DNA of 64,000 nucleotides from an uncultured delta proteobacterium (GCA_963845145.1 CAWJQU010000017.1:64001-128000), one strand, 5' to 3'; shown: positions 1 to 10,347, counted from the first letter of the stretch. The notes: generated from the sequence alone by a model not told the origin. Numbers and translations: made by a program.

Positions 1-386
1 AAATCGAATCCGGCGCGCAAGGCAAAAAAGGGTTTGTCGGCCAGGTCGCCGTCGGAATAGTTGATCCCAAGACCTACGCCACCATACAATCCCAATCCGA
101 CGAGAAAAAAGGCCTGAGGCGAAAAGACGGTTTCACTCGAACCCGCGTAGCCTTCATCCAGGAATTCAAGGTCGGCCTCAATGGTGAAAAATTGGGCCAT
201 GCGATACTGGTAGGAAAGGACAATGCCCAGGCCGTTTTCGTCCACATCATCTTCATCGATATCATCTAAGGCGATCCAATAATGGATGCCGCCTCCGATA
301 CGATGATCGCCTTGCGCCCAGGTGTGAGAAAAAAGAGACAGGACCAGGCCACAACTGATTGCAATAATAAGAATACTTTTCCGCAT
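1..386 (-). CDS. Outer-membrane beta-barrel protein (runs off the left edge; not in ORF track)
   Basis: Read manually: AAGGAG RBS then MRKSILIIAISCGLVLSLFSHTWA|QGDHRIGGGIHYW...GLGIVLSYQYR...FTIEADLEF...LYGGVGLGINY...FFALRAGFD. Signal peptide followed by alternating amphipathic, aromatic-rich strands; frame open to the window edge. Confidence 0.75.
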   Translation of the reverse strand, partial: MRKSILIIAISCGLVLSLFSHTWAQGDHRIGGGIHYWIALDDIDEDDVDENGLGIVLSYQYRMAQFFTIEADLEFLDEGYAGSSETVFSPQAFFLVGLGLYGGVGLGINYSDGDLADKPFFALRAGFD

Positions 387-683
387 GAGATTTCTCCTTG
401 TTTCTATGGTCATTTAATTTCGATTGGCTTTCTTTTTCGATATCGGGCATAAAAGTGTCGGGTTTTCTTTCGCACGCCCCTATTGAATGCATGTTAACAG
501 ATTATCTTTCAGGGTTCTACAGGAAATCGCTACGATCATTTGTTATGAAACCTTTATTTTTAGTGAAAATCCTGGCATAATTCGTGTAAATAAAACATAG
601 ACATGTCATGGTCCGCTGTTGGAAGTTTGACGTTTTAAGATGAATTTACAAATAATTTTCGAAAGAGAAGGAGGATGAGGCCA

Positions 684-878
684 ATGAAAGTGACGATTTC
701 CAGTCAGTGCATGGGTGACCGCAACTGTAACAAACTTTGTCCGGAAATATTCGAGTATGATGAGGACCAGCTATTGTCCATTGTTAAAATGGATGAAATT
801 CCCGACCATTTAAAAGCCGTTGTGCGACAGGCGGCCGACGAATGTGGCGCGGATGCGATTACGGTGGAGGAAGACTAA
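684..878 (+). CDS. Single-cluster ferredoxin with CxxDxxC motif
   Basis: CMGDRNC..CPEIF...ECGADAI; AGGAGG RBS at 669-674 favours the ATG at 684. Confidence 0.85.
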   Translation: MKVTISSQCMGDRNCNKLCPEIFEYDEDQLLSIVKMDEIPDHLKAVVRQAADECGADAITVEED

Positions 879-897
879 ATCTAAACCTGAGTGGCTC

Positions 898-949
898 GAG
901 GTTGTTTGCCCGTTGTGGTATGAAACCGGCCCGGCAAACAACCTCTTTC
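898..949 (+). terminator. Inverted repeat between ferredoxin and rubrerythrin (terminator or stabilising hairpin)
   Basis: Perfect 13-bp arms GAGGTTGTTTGCC (898-910) and GGCAAACAACCTC (933-945), followed by TTT. Confidence 0.55.
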
Positions 950-967
950 GGCTGCTATTGAGGGAGA

Positions 968-1549
968 TTGGCTTTGGGAAAATTCCGTGAGAGTCAAACC
1001 GCTAAAAACCTACTGACATCCTTTGCTGCCGAGGCTCAGGCCCGCACCCGGTATACCTTCTTCTCCCGCCGTGCCCGTGAAGATGGCTTTATCCAGATTG
1101 CCGACATATTTGAGGAAACCGCCGAGCAGGAGTGCGAGCATGCCCTGCGATTTTTTAAATTTTTCAATGGCGGCGAATTGGAAATCAACTGGCGTTTTCC
1201 GGCTGGTGTGCTTGAAGACACTTACGCCAATCTGATCTCTGCGGCCAACCTCGAACACTACGTTTATTCGGATATGTATCCGGGTTTTGCTAAAATTGCC
1301 CGTGAAGAAGGGTTTGCGCGGGCGGCGGACACGCTGGACGCCATCAGTGTCTCTGAAAAACAGCACGAAAAACTTTACCGGGAGCTGGCCGAAAACCTTA
1401 AAAAAGAGCGCGCCTTTGCACGGGAAGAGGAAAGGGTCTGGCGATGTCGGAGTTGCGGCTATTTGCACACCGGCAAAGAGGCGCCGGATAAATGTCCTGC
1501 CTGCGTTAAACCGCGTGGGTATTTCGAGATTCTCGCTGAAAACTGGTAG
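968..1549 (+). CDS. rbr: Rubrerythrin
   Basis: T..NLL.SFAAEAQARTRY, ExxH di-iron motifs (ECEH, EKQH), C-terminal rubredoxin-like WRCRSCGY...CPAC. Confidence 0.95.
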   Translation: MALGKFRESQTAKNLLTSFAAEAQARTRYTFFSRRAREDGFIQIADIFEETAEQECEHALRFFKFFNGGELEINWRFPAGVLEDTYANLISAANLEHYVYSDMYPGFAKIAREEGFARAADTLDAISVSEKQHEKLYRELAENLKKERAFAREEERVWRCRSCGYLHTGKEAPDKCPACVKPRGYFEILAENW

Positions 1550-1575
1550 GCACGGTTTCAGTTGAAAAAAATATT

Positions 1576-3093
1576 GTGGAGATAAGCCGTAAGGTTCGCT
1601 GGTTGGTTATCGGCGCGGCCCTCACTGCCCTGTTTCTGGGGGCGATGGACGCTTTGGTGATGTCGGCTGCCATGCCGACGGTCATTGCCGAGTTGGGCGG
1701 GCTGGATATTTACAGTTGGGTGTATACGGCCTACTTTTTGGCGCGTGCGGTAGCCTTGCCGGTCTTTGGTAAGCTGGCCGACCTCTTTAAAGTCCGGGCA
1801 CTGTTTCTTATTTCCATCAGCGGCTTTTTGGTTTCTTCATTGGCCGCCGGCCTGGCCACCAACATGTTTGTACTAATTGTAGCACGCGTGTTTCAGGGAA
1901 TTGCCGCCGGCGGTAATTTTGCTCTCGTTTACATCGTGCTGTCGGACATGGCGCCGCCGGGTAAGCGGGCCAAGACTTTGTCTCTGGCCAGTTTTGTATG
2001 GGGAATCGCTTCGGTGGTGGGGCCGACTGCGGGCGGTTTTATCGTCAACTATTTTTCCTGGCGCTGGGTCTTTTTTATCAATATTCCCATTTGTCTTATT
2101 TCCATGGCGGTACTCGCCGCCTTTCTGGTTGAGATCCGCCCGAAAAAAGAGAGCGTCCATCTCGATTTAGCCGGAGTCGCCACTTTATCCATCGCCGTGG
2201 TGGGTCTCTTGACCTTAATGATGCTGGCGGGAAACGACTTTGATTGGACTTCAACCCTGGCCTTTAGCCTCATCGGCATCACCCTGATATCGAGCATCGG
2301 CTTTTATTTTTCTGAAAAAGCAGCCCCGGAACCGATTCTGGCGTTGCCGTTTTTTAAAATTCGTGGTTTCAGTATTGGCAACCTGTCTGTTTTTTTAAGT
2401 AGTTTTGCCATCTTCGCGCTGTTTGCCTATGCGCCGCTGTTTATTCAAGGGGCGTTGGGGCGCTCGCCGGCGCAGGTCGGTCTGGCCATGCTTTCATTAA
2501 GCCTGGGCTGGTCATTGGGCTCCCTGTCCATCGGGCAGATGTTCTTTCGTCTGGATCGGAAATCGGTGGCTATTGCCGGCTCTGTTTTTCTGATACTGGG
2601 TTCCGGGATGACCCTGAATTTCGATCATCAGACCTCAATGGCGGCCTGCTTCTGGGTGTTTCTGATCGTCGGGATCGGTATGGGGTTTGTGGCCATTTCC
2701 ACCCTGTTAGTGGTGCAAGAGGCCCTGGATGTAACCGATCTCGGCGTGGCCACATCATCCAACCAGTTTGCACGATCACTGGGCGGCACGGTTGGCGTGG
2801 GTGTTTGCGGCGGGTTTGTTACGGGAAATATTCAGACATCCATCGATTCGCTGATCAGCACAGGGAACTTGGATCGGTTGCCGGCACATCTTATCGTTCA
2901 GATCCGTGATAATTTCGAACGGCTCTTTCAACCTGAATTTCAATCTCTGCTTCTGCCGGAAATCAAAACTTTGCTCCAACAAACCGTTGGGGACCATATG
3001 CAAATAATTTTTCGGATCGTCTTTGCCGTATCAATTTTCTGTCTGATATCCTGTCTGTTTTTACCGGGAAAAGAAAAAATGGGTGTCCATTGA
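1576..3093 (+). CDS. MFS transporter, DHA2 (14-TMS) efflux family
   Basis: Many TM helices, GKLADLF motif A, GPTAGG, WRWVFFINIP. Confidence 0.9.
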   Translation: MEISRKVRWLVIGAALTALFLGAMDALVMSAAMPTVIAELGGLDIYSWVYTAYFLARAVALPVFGKLADLFKVRALFLISISGFLVSSLAAGLATNMFVLIVARVFQGIAAGGNFALVYIVLSDMAPPGKRAKTLSLASFVWGIASVVGPTAGGFIVNYFSWRWVFFINIPICLISMAVLAAFLVEIRPKKESVHLDLAGVATLSIAVVGLLTLMMLAGNDFDWTSTLAFSLIGITLISSIGFYFSEKAAPEPILALPFFKIRGFSIGNLSVFLSSFAIFALFAYAPLFIQGALGRSPAQVGLAMLSLSLGWSLGSLSIGQMFFRLDRKSVAIAGSVFLILGSGMTLNFDHQTSMAACFWVFLIVGIGMGFVAISTLLVVQEALDVTDLGVATSSNQFARSLGGTVGVGVCGGFVTGNIQTSIDSLISTGNLDRLPAHLIVQIRDNFERLFQPEFQSLLLPEIKTLLQQTVGDHMQIIFRIVFAVSIFCLISCLFLPGKEKMGVH

Positions 3094-3228
3094 CCGTGGC
3101 CCCTGTGCCTGATTGTCTCGATCCCATAAAGCACTTGTGCCGGCCAAGAGGTGGTTGACAAAGTCCCTTGGACTGAAAATAATGTGAACAATTCGGTTCA
3201 GTATTAGAATAAGCGAAAGGAGCCATCC

Positions 3229-3576
3229 ATGCCGATTCAAAAATACAACGATCTTTTGGCCACTGCGGTTCAGATGGAAGGGGCTGCCAAGGTCTCCAAA
3301 AAGGTGCCCATCGGGAAAAATGAGGGCTGGGAGGGGTATACACTGCGGACGTTTACACTGGAGCCCGGCGGCCATACGCCCAGGCATGCCCATGACTGGG
3401 AACATGTCAACTACGTGATTCGCGGCAGGGGCCAGCTCATGATTGACGGCCAAAAAAATGAGATTGGGGAGAAGGATTTCGCCTTTGTGCCGCCGAATAT
3501 TGAGCATCAATTTACAAACCCGTTTGATGAGGCGTTTGAGTTTATTTGTATTGTTCCTAACCGCGGCGAATATTGA
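3229..3576 (+). CDS. Cupin domain protein
   Basis: PGGHTPRHAHDWEHVNYVIRG ... VPPNIEHQF. Confidence 0.9.
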   Translation: MPIQKYNDLLATAVQMEGAAKVSKKVPIGKNEGWEGYTLRTFTLEPGGHTPRHAHDWEHVNYVIRGRGQLMIDGQKNEIGEKDFAFVPPNIEHQFTNPFDEAFEFICIVPNRGEY

Positions 3577-3609
3577 CGGATGGCTACCATTTAAAATGGA
3601 GATATTCAC

Positions 3610-4332
3610 ATGATTACGCTTCCAATCTGCAACCGGGACACGACTTACACCGTCAATCCCACTAAAATCATTGCCCTGGGGTTGAACTACCGGTCTCATA
3701 TTGCCGAGAGCCTATCGGTCAAGGTGCAGGGGTTTACCGGTGAAATTCCCACCGAACCCATATTGTTTCCCAAAACACCCAATGTCCTGATCGGCCCGGA
3801 AGCGCCCATTGTCATACCCCGTTTTTTAAGCGAATACGATTTCGAGGAGCCTCGGGTGGACTACGAGGCCGAACTGGCCGTCATTATCAAAGATTGCTGC
3901 AAGGATGTTCCCGTTGCCCAGGCGCATACGCATGTATTGGGGTATACCTGTATGAACGATGTCAGTCAGCGGAATTTACAAAACAGCGATCGCTCGGGCT
4001 GGTTTCGCGGTAAATCCCTGGACACCTTTGGCCCTATCGGCCCCCAGGTCGTTTTGTCCGAAGATATCGGTGATGTGCAAGCGCTGGATATCCGTTGCCG
4101 TTTGAACGGAAAAACAGTTCAAGACGGAAATACCGGCCAGATGATCTTCACCCTGCCTGAAATCATCGCCTTTGTATCCAAGAATTTTACCCTGATGCCA
4201 GGAGATCTCATTTTAACCGGTACGCCCAGTGGGGTGGGGCCGCTCCGGCATAATGATGTGGTTGAAGTGGAGGTTGAAAAAATCGGCATTTTGCGTAATC
4301 CGGTAGTGGAAGAAGGCCACGAAAACGGATAG
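3610..4332 (+). CDS. Fumarylacetoacetate hydrolase family protein
   Basis: KIIALGLNY, DYEAELAV, NDVSQR, GKSLDTFGP, LTGTPSGVG. Confidence 0.92.
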   Translation: MITLPICNRDTTYTVNPTKIIALGLNYRSHIAESLSVKVQGFTGEIPTEPILFPKTPNVLIGPEAPIVIPRFLSEYDFEEPRVDYEAELAVIIKDCCKDVPVAQAHTHVLGYTCMNDVSQRNLQNSDRSGWFRGKSLDTFGPIGPQVVLSEDIGDVQALDIRCRLNGKTVQDGNTGQMIFTLPEIIAFVSKNFTLMPGDLILTGTPSGVGPLRHNDVVEVEVEKIGILRNPVVEEGHENG

Positions 4333-4372
4333 ATTGTAACCCAAAAAGTTTCTATCTATTTGGCGTTAATCC

Positions 4373-4401
4373 GGCCGGAGTTGATCTGGCCGGAGTTGAT
4401 C
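4373..4401. repeat. Intergenic tandem duplication GGCCGGAGTTGATC x2 (15-bp period)
   Basis: Identical 14-mers at 4373-4386 and 4388-4401. Confidence 0.8.
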
Positions 4402-4436
4402 CGATTGGATCCTCATTCTTTAATAAGGAATAGAAG

Positions 4437-4805
4437 ATGAAATTTACCATAGACCATTTTAACATCAATGTTCTGGATCTTGAGAAAAGCCTGGCCTTTT
4501 ACGAAACAGCGCTCGGATTGAAAGAGGTTCGCAGAAAAGAGGCCCCGGATGGACAATATATCATTGTTTTCCTTGGCGATGGATCCACGGGCAACAAAAT
4601 TGAATTGACTTGGCTCGAATCACAGAAGAAGCCTTACGATCTGGGCGATGAGGAATTTCATATTGCTTTTATTGCCGATGATTATAATGCCGCCCATGCC
4701 TTGCATACGGAAATGGATTGCATCTGTTATGAGAACAAGGAGATGGGGATCTATTTCATCAATGATCCGGACGGATACTGGCTTGAGATTGTCCCCCAAA
4801 GATAA
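4437..4805 (+). CDS. VOC family protein / lactoylglutathione lyase-like
   Basis: HFNINVLDLEKSLAFY, IELTW, HIAF, YFINDPDGYWLEI. Confidence 0.85.
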   Translation: MKFTIDHFNINVLDLEKSLAFYETALGLKEVRRKEAPDGQYIIVFLGDGSTGNKIELTWLESQKKPYDLGDEEFHIAFIADDYNAAHALHTEMDCICYENKEMGIYFINDPDGYWLEIVPQR

Positions 4806-4906
4806 TGCTGCCGGGATTATCCTTTTCAAGGGAAGCGGCGGCCTTGACGCCTTGGAAATCTTATCCCTCAATCATTCGGCGATCATTCGGCTTTAGCCAA
4901 AGGACT

Positions 4907-5992
4907 TTAACCGGTCCGGATCTCTGCTGAATATTTGCGAAGCAACCCTCGAAGTTGATCATACGTCAAACCCAACAGGTCGGCGGCTTTTTTTTGATTA
5001 AAGCGGGTATTTTCCAGTGCTTGTTTAATCATATCAACCTCCATGCGTTTGACTGCCTCCTTCAAGGGCAGCTCTATACTTTGGGAAGACGTTGTTTGCG
5101 CATGGGGTGAATCCGGCAACGCCGGTTCCGTGGCTGGAGATTGAGTGGCATCCGGAATTGGCTGGGTTGCCGAATAGGGTGACTGAAAGGGATCGAGATC
5201 GATGGTATCGATATGGTGCGTCGTAGACCGGTAAACCGCTCGTTCCACCACATTTTTCAATTCGCGAATATTTCCTGGCCAGGCGTGCTTTTCGAGAGTC
5301 CCCGCTGCCAACGGGCTGAAGGTTGGCATCGCGTCTATTCCCATTTCGTAAGCCATGCGTCGGGCAAAATGATCGGCCAGAAGCAGAATGTCGCCCTTAC
5401 GTGCGCGGAGAGGGGGCAGAAACAGTACTTCGAAGGAGAGCCGGTCCAATAGATCCTGCTTGAACCGCTTGTTCCGTGCCAGAGCCGGTAAATTGGCGTT
5501 GGTGGCACCAATCACGCGTACATCCACTTCCACCGGCCGGGTTCCCCCGACCCGCTCAAAAGCCCCGTATTCCACGACACGAAGTATTTTTTCCTGGGCC
5601 TCCATGGGAATGTTACCGATTTCATCGAGGAATAAGGTGCTTTTATCGGCGACTTCAAATCGGCCCTGCCGTCGTTCAACCGCCCCGGTGAAAGCGCCTT
5701 TTTCATGCCCGAAAAGGGCTGTTTCCATTAGCGACGGTGCTAGGGCGGCACAGTTCAACGTCACCAGAGGGCCTTCCCAGCGGGCGGACAGGTAGTGCAG
5801 GCGCGTGGCGGCCAGCTCTTTTCCCGTTCCCCGCTCTCCGATGATCAATACCGGCCGCTCGATCGGTGCGATTAGGGCGATCCGTTCCTGAAATTCAAGA
5901 AATGCGTCAGATTGACCCAGCGCTTCAGTGGTGACTTCAGGGGAAGTGACCGACAACAGGTGGTCAGGGTGATTTCTGGGAGAAAACGGCAC
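4907..5992 (-). CDS. pspF: Phage shock protein operon activator PspF (sigma54 enhancer-binding protein, no sensor domain)
   Basis: GERGTGKELAATRLHYLS.RW, GAFTGA, DLLDRL, C-terminal HTH FNQKKAADLLGLTYDQLRG; divergent from pspA. Confidence 0.95.
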   Translation of the reverse strand: MPFSPRNHPDHLLSVTSPEVTTEALGQSDAFLEFQERIALIAPIERPVLIIGERGTGKELAATRLHYLSARWEGPLVTLNCAALAPSLMETALFGHEKGAFTGAVERRQGRFEVADKSTLFLDEIGNIPMEAQEKILRVVEYGAFERVGGTRPVEVDVRVIGATNANLPALARNKRFKQDLLDRLSFEVLFLPPLRARKGDILLLADHFARRMAYEMGIDAMPTFSPLAAGTLEKHAWPGNIRELKNVVERAVYRSTTHHIDTIDLDPFQSPYSATQPIPDATQSPATEPALPDSPHAQTTSSQSIELPLKEAVKRMEVDMIKQALENTRFNQKKAADLLGLTYDQLRGLLRKYSAEIRTG

Positions 5993-6121
5993 AAATTATC
6001 CTAAAATAAGTTATAAATACCAATAAACGGTAAATAATACCAAATCATTTTTCGCGGGTCAACAATAATTATTTGTTTATTTTATCTATAATATTGGATG
6101 GTTATTTTAGGAAGAGGCCCA

Positions 6122-6138
6122 TTGGCATGGAAAATGCT
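6122..6138 (+). promoter_or_regulatory. Sigma54 -24/-12 promoter of pspABC
   Basis: TTGGCATGGAAAATGCT: GG at 6124-6125, 10-nt spacer, GC at 6136-6137. Confidence 0.85.
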
Positions 6139-6187
6139 CTTGTACAATGCAACGAAAACATGGAACATGCAAAATGGAGGAAGAGCA

Positions 6188-6874
6188 ATGGGCGTTTTTA
6201 CACGATTTCGAGACATTATCAGCTCCAATATTAATGCCATGCTGGATCGGGCAGAGGACCCCGAAAAACTTATCCGTCTGATGATTCGAGAGATGGAAGA
6301 CACCCTGGTCGAAATGAAATCAGCCTGTGCGGGTGTTATGGCAAATGAAAAAAAGATGCAGCGTCAAATTGACGAGGCCAGTTCACGGGAAATGCTCTGG
6401 GAAGACCGGGCGCGACTGGCGGTTGAAAAAGGGCGGGATGATCTGGCCCGGGAGGCCCTGCAGGAAAAGCGTCGGTTTACACGTATGGCCCAGTCTTTAG
6501 AGACGGAACATATCGAACACCAGGCACTGGTCACGCAATATCAGGACGATATTCGACAACTTCAAGAAAAATTGACCAACGCCCGGGAAAAACAACGAAT
6601 CCTGGTCCAACGCCACATCCGGGCGCAAGGTAAACGAAAAGCGCAAGAAGAGATTCGACGTGTAGACGGTTTTGAGACCATGGCTAAATTCGACGACATA
6701 GAAAACCGAATTGAGCGTATGGAGGCCGAGGCTGATCTGGTAAACTACGGCCGTAAACCGAGCCTTGAAGAAGCTTTCGAAAAATTGTACGACGAGGGAA
6801 TCGAAAAAGAACTGGATGCACTTAAATCCAGTCAACAAAAAGAGGTCGCCAAAAAGGAGCACCATCCACAATGA
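6188..6874 (+). CDS. pspA: Phage shock protein A
   Basis: MGVFTRFRDIISSNINAMLDRAEDPEKLIRLMIREMEDTL; coiled coil; GGAGG RBS supports start 6188 rather than 6098. Confidence 0.95.
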   Translation: MGVFTRFRDIISSNINAMLDRAEDPEKLIRLMIREMEDTLVEMKSACAGVMANEKKMQRQIDEASSREMLWEDRARLAVEKGRDDLAREALQEKRRFTRMAQSLETEHIEHQALVTQYQDDIRQLQEKLTNAREKQRILVQRHIRAQGKRKAQEEIRRVDGFETMAKFDDIENRIERMEAEADLVNYGRKPSLEEAFEKLYDEGIEKELDALKSSQQKEVAKKEHHPQ

Positions 6875-7119
6875 CACCGGTTTATATCGTCGGCATCGTT
6901 TTCGGCAGTCTCGTTCTCGCCCTGGCCATCCTGGGCGGAACAATCCTCGCTATCATGCGGGCGCGTCACGGCGGGTTGTCGCGTAAAAGCCGTAAGAATG
7001 AGGCCGAGGAAGCAAAGTTGATGCAGGAAATTTTTCGAGGCCTGTCGCACATGGAAAAGCGTGTGGAGGCTTTGGAGACTATCCTGATGGACCAAAACGA
7101 AAAGGAAAATATCCGATGA
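6871..7119 (+). CDS. pspB: PspB-like envelope stress membrane protein
   Basis: N-terminal TM, MEKRVEALETIL tail, ATGA overlap with pspA. Confidence 0.8.
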   Translation: MTPVYIVGIVFGSLVLALAILGGTILAIMRARHGGLSRKSRKNEAEEAKLMQEIFRGLSHMEKRVEALETILMDQNEKENIR

Positions 7120-7496
7120 AAAGATACCAACGAATACGTGGGTTATATCGTTCCCGACGCGGGGCCATCTTCGGCGTGTGCCGCGGCTTTGGGGAATATT
7201 TTGACTTCAGTGTCTTTTGGATTCGCTTGATGACGGTGGTCACATTTTTGATTACCGGTGTCTGGCCCATGCTCGTTATATACATCGTCGCGGCACTGGT
7301 GATGAAACCCGAACCGATCCGTCCGTTTGAAAGCGAAGCCGAGCGGGATTTTTACGACAGCTACGTGGACTCACGCCATCGAACCCTTCGACGGGTTCGG
7401 CGTCGGTACGAGAACCTCGACCATCGTTTGCAACGCATGGAAGATGTCGTGACCGGCAAAGATTTCCAGTGGCAAGAAAAGATGAATCGAATGTGA
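7116..7496 (+). CDS. pspC: Phage shock protein C
   Basis: LYRSRRGAIFGVCRGFGEYF PspC domain, RLQRMEDVVT tail. Confidence 0.92.
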   Translation: MKRYQRIRGLYRSRRGAIFGVCRGFGEYFDFSVFWIRLMTVVTFLITGVWPMLVIYIVAALVMKPEPIRPFESEAERDFYDSYVDSRHRTLRRVRRRYENLDHRLQRMEDVVTGKDFQWQEKMNRM

Positions 7497-7519
7497 CATG
7501 CCCTTATTTGGTTATGACC

Positions 7520-8605
7520 TTATTTGATTATACCCAGGGGAACGAGCAGGCGTTGCGCCATCTCTTTTTTAGCCCAAATGAGATCATCTCTATCCGTACC
7601 TTCCGTATAGATGGTGCTTAATATCTCGGCGGTTTCACGTGCCCGGGCATGTCCCACCTCAACAGCATGGTTGACGGATTCCCATCTGTGCGATTGAGTG
7701 AACTCTGAAAAAGCCAACCTGATTTCCGGGAACATCTTCTTACGCAAACCATCGATAAAGGCGGCATAAAGCGCCAGGGCGGTCGTTTTTTTCTGGTTGA
7801 TTATGTGCCTGAGCAAGCCATGCTTACCCGTATCGGCTAATAGGTCCTTTACGGCGCGGGCCAATAATTCCACCGGCGTACCGGAAAAGGTGGTAACGAT
7901 TTCCCGCCATTTACCGGTATCAAAGACGGTGTCCTGAATTTCGCCAAGCTCGTGATAGATATAGGTGTCAATTTGCGTTTCAAAAAGGCGGGGCATGTTC
8001 TTCTTGATCGAATCCATGTCCTGGGGATCCAACCCGTGCTCTTTCAGGCCAAAAGCCAGGGCCTTTCTTCCCGACGGCGTGACGAAAAATAGCTGATCCC
8101 AGAAATAGTATTGACCAGCGTCCTTGCGTACGATGATATGATTGTCCTGGGAAAGGGCCGGCAAGGTGGCCAAATCCCGCGCTAGTTCCCGACCTAATAT
8201 GTGCACCGGGTAGCCGTCGACAGGGGTCGTTTTTTCAAGGACTGCGAGAAAAAAAGTAGGTTTGAGGCTACGGGCATATCCGGCGCCATAGTAAAGCCCA
8301 TCCTGGGCAAGGATGGTGTTGATCGCCGTACTGTCGAAAGGATCGTAATGTCGGTTTTCGATGATGATATCCGAAAAATTGTTACCCTCAATCGTTTCCC
8401 ATTGCTCTTCTTGGTTTCCGATCCATTCCAGGATTTTTCCGGATTCATCCTCTACCCATGGCGGGAGTTGTTGTTGCCATTTATATAGATCTCTAAGTCG
8501 TAGGGCCAGCCCGCAGACCGAATAAGCACCAGCATGGCTGGCGTCGGACAGGGCACAATTGGCAAGAACCTGGTCGGTGAGATCATCAATCTGGAGAGGT
8601 GTCAT
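7520..8605 (-). CDS. Conserved hypothetical protein (Sfum_1244-like)
   Basis: ~360-aa ORF with NCALSDASHAGAYSVCGLALRLRDLYKW and YHELGE; family recognised from memory. Confidence 0.65.
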   Translation of the reverse strand: MTPLQIDDLTDQVLANCALSDASHAGAYSVCGLALRLRDLYKWQQQLPPWVEDESGKILEWIGNQEEQWETIEGNNFSDIIIENRHYDPFDSTAINTILAQDGLYYGAGYARSLKPTFFLAVLEKTTPVDGYPVHILGRELARDLATLPALSQDNHIIVRKDAGQYYFWDQLFFVTPSGRKALAFGLKEHGLDPQDMDSIKKNMPRLFETQIDTYIYHELGEIQDTVFDTGKWREIVTTFSGTPVELLARAVKDLLADTGKHGLLRHIINQKKTTALALYAAFIDGLRKKMFPEIRLAFSEFTQSHRWESVNHAVEVGHARARETAEILSTIYTEGTDRDDLIWAKKEMAQRLLVPLGIIK

Positions 8606-8607
8606 TT

Positions 8608-10155
8608 TCAAACGTTGATTTTATATCGTTCGATTTTGTTTAATAAACCCTGGCGGCTGATGCCGAGGATGCCGGCTGCCTTGGAGCGATTCCCAGTGGA
8701 CTGTTGTAATGCATTTGTCACCATTTTGCGCTCCATCTGTTCCGTGGCCTCTTTTAAATGTAAGTTAGACACATAGTTTGGCAAGGCTTGTCGGGCGGCA
8801 GCCGAAATTTTTTCCGACAGGTGGGTGACCTTCACCGTATCGCTTTTTCCCGCAATAGTTACAGCCCTCTCGATTTCATTCTCCAGTTCCCGCACATTAC
8901 CGGGCCAGTCAAAGCGCGAAAGATAATCAATGGCTCGGGGTGTAAATCCGGTTATCGTCCGATTGGCTTGGCGGGCATACCGAGTTAAAAAATGGGTGGC
9001 CAAAAGCGGAATGTCCTCTCTCCTTTGGCGTAGCGGAGGGATTTGGATTGGAAATACATTGATCCGGTAGAACAGATCCCGCCGAAAGCGGCCTTGTTTT
9101 ACTTCATCTTCAAGATCCAGGTTTGTGGATGCAATCAATCGAATATTGATATCAATGGTTTGGTCGCTGCCAACGGGACGAATCTGTCTTTCCTGTAGTA
9201 CGCGAAGTAGTTTAACCTGCATGGGGGGCGAGGTTTCACTGATCTCGTCCAAAAAAACCGTTCCGCCATCGGCCATCGCAAATAGTCCCTTCTTGGTGGC
9301 GATAGCGCCGGTGTAAGCCCCTTTAACGTGACCGAAAAGCTCGCTTTCGAGGAGATTCTCGGCGAAGGCCCCGCAGTTTTCAGCAACAAACGGCTTCTCT
9401 TTCAAGGGGCCCATGTAATGAATGACCTTGGCAATAAGTTCTTTTCCCGTACCGGTCTCACCGTGGATTAAGACGGATGTGGGCGTCCCAATGACTTTGT
9501 CCAATAATCGAAATAGCCGTCGCATGGCCGGGCTGGATCCCACAATCCCCTGCAAGTTAAAGCGGGTTTGGGCATCTGATTTAAGACGTTGGTTTTCCAT
9601 CTCCAATGAAGTGACCGACTGCTTGAGTTCCCCGTAAAGCCTCGCATTTTCAAGGGCGATGGCGATGGTTCCTGAAAGGATCTCCATCAGCCGGGTCTCG
9701 GTTTCAGTAAACCGGCCGGTTACCTTGTTGATGGCATAGAGGACGCCGATAAAGCCCTTGCGGGTTTTCAAAGGGGCACAGATCATGGACCGGGTGGTAA
9801 AATCCTCCTGAAGATCGATACCCTGATAAAAGTGGTCATCTGCGGATGCATCCGCTACCACAATGGCTCGATTTTCACGCATTACCTGACCAGCCACGCC
9901 CACATGATCCGAAAATCGCATACGGTCGCTGCGAATGGTATCTCCATCTTTTTCCGGTTCGATGGTTTTTATAAAGTAAAACTCGCTGGCTTCGGCATCA
10001 TGAAGTGCGATGGAAGCGCCTTCAATCTGAAATACCATCTTGATTTTATGCAACACACTCTGAAGCATCTCGTCTAAGTCCCGAATGGCATGTAGGGACA
10101 TGGTGACTTCATGGATCAGGGCCAACTCTTTTTTGGTTAACGATTTGTTTCCCAT
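8608..10155 (-). CDS. GAF-domain sigma54-dependent transcriptional activator (NifA/FhlA-like)
   Basis: GAF (TRSMICAPL, IALENARLY), GETGTGKE, GAYTGA, DLFYRIN, Fis-type HTH; start taken at MGNKSL. Confidence 0.9.
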   Translation of the reverse strand: MGNKSLTKKELALIHEVTMSLHAIRDLDEMLQSVLHKIKMVFQIEGASIALHDAEASEFYFIKTIEPEKDGDTIRSDRMRFSDHVGVAGQVMRENRAIVVADASADDHFYQGIDLQEDFTTRSMICAPLKTRKGFIGVLYAINKVTGRFTETETRLMEILSGTIAIALENARLYGELKQSVTSLEMENQRLKSDAQTRFNLQGIVGSSPAMRRLFRLLDKVIGTPTSVLIHGETGTGKELIAKVIHYMGPLKEKPFVAENCGAFAENLLESELFGHVKGAYTGAIATKKGLFAMADGGTVFLDEISETSPPMQVKLLRVLQERQIRPVGSDQTIDINIRLIASTNLDLEDEVKQGRFRRDLFYRINVFPIQIPPLRQRREDIPLLATHFLTRYARQANRTITGFTPRAIDYLSRFDWPGNVRELENEIERAVTIAGKSDTVKVTHLSEKISAAARQALPNYVSNLHLKEATEQMERKMVTNALQQSTGNRSKAAGILGISRQGLLNKIERYKINV

Positions 10156-10300
10156 GGGTTGCTCCCGAAGTCTAGTGGCTTTATGGCCGGAAAGGAAAGA
10201 ATTTCCCGGCCCAATGACCCCTTTTTCGGCCTTTAGCCGAGCGTTGTAAGGAGGCATACGGCAATTGTCTCCCTCCAATATAAGGTCTCAAATATTCGAT

Positions 10301-10347
10301 TGTCAACTATATTTACACTGTACATGCAAATGTCAATTTGGTGGACA
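10301..10347. promoter_or_regulatory. Paired upstream activator sites TGTCAA-N8-ACA
   Basis: TGTCAACTATATTTACA (10301-10317) and TGTCAATTTGGTGGACA (10331-10347), 30 bp apart, ~120-165 bp upstream of a sigma54 promoter. Confidence 0.65.
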
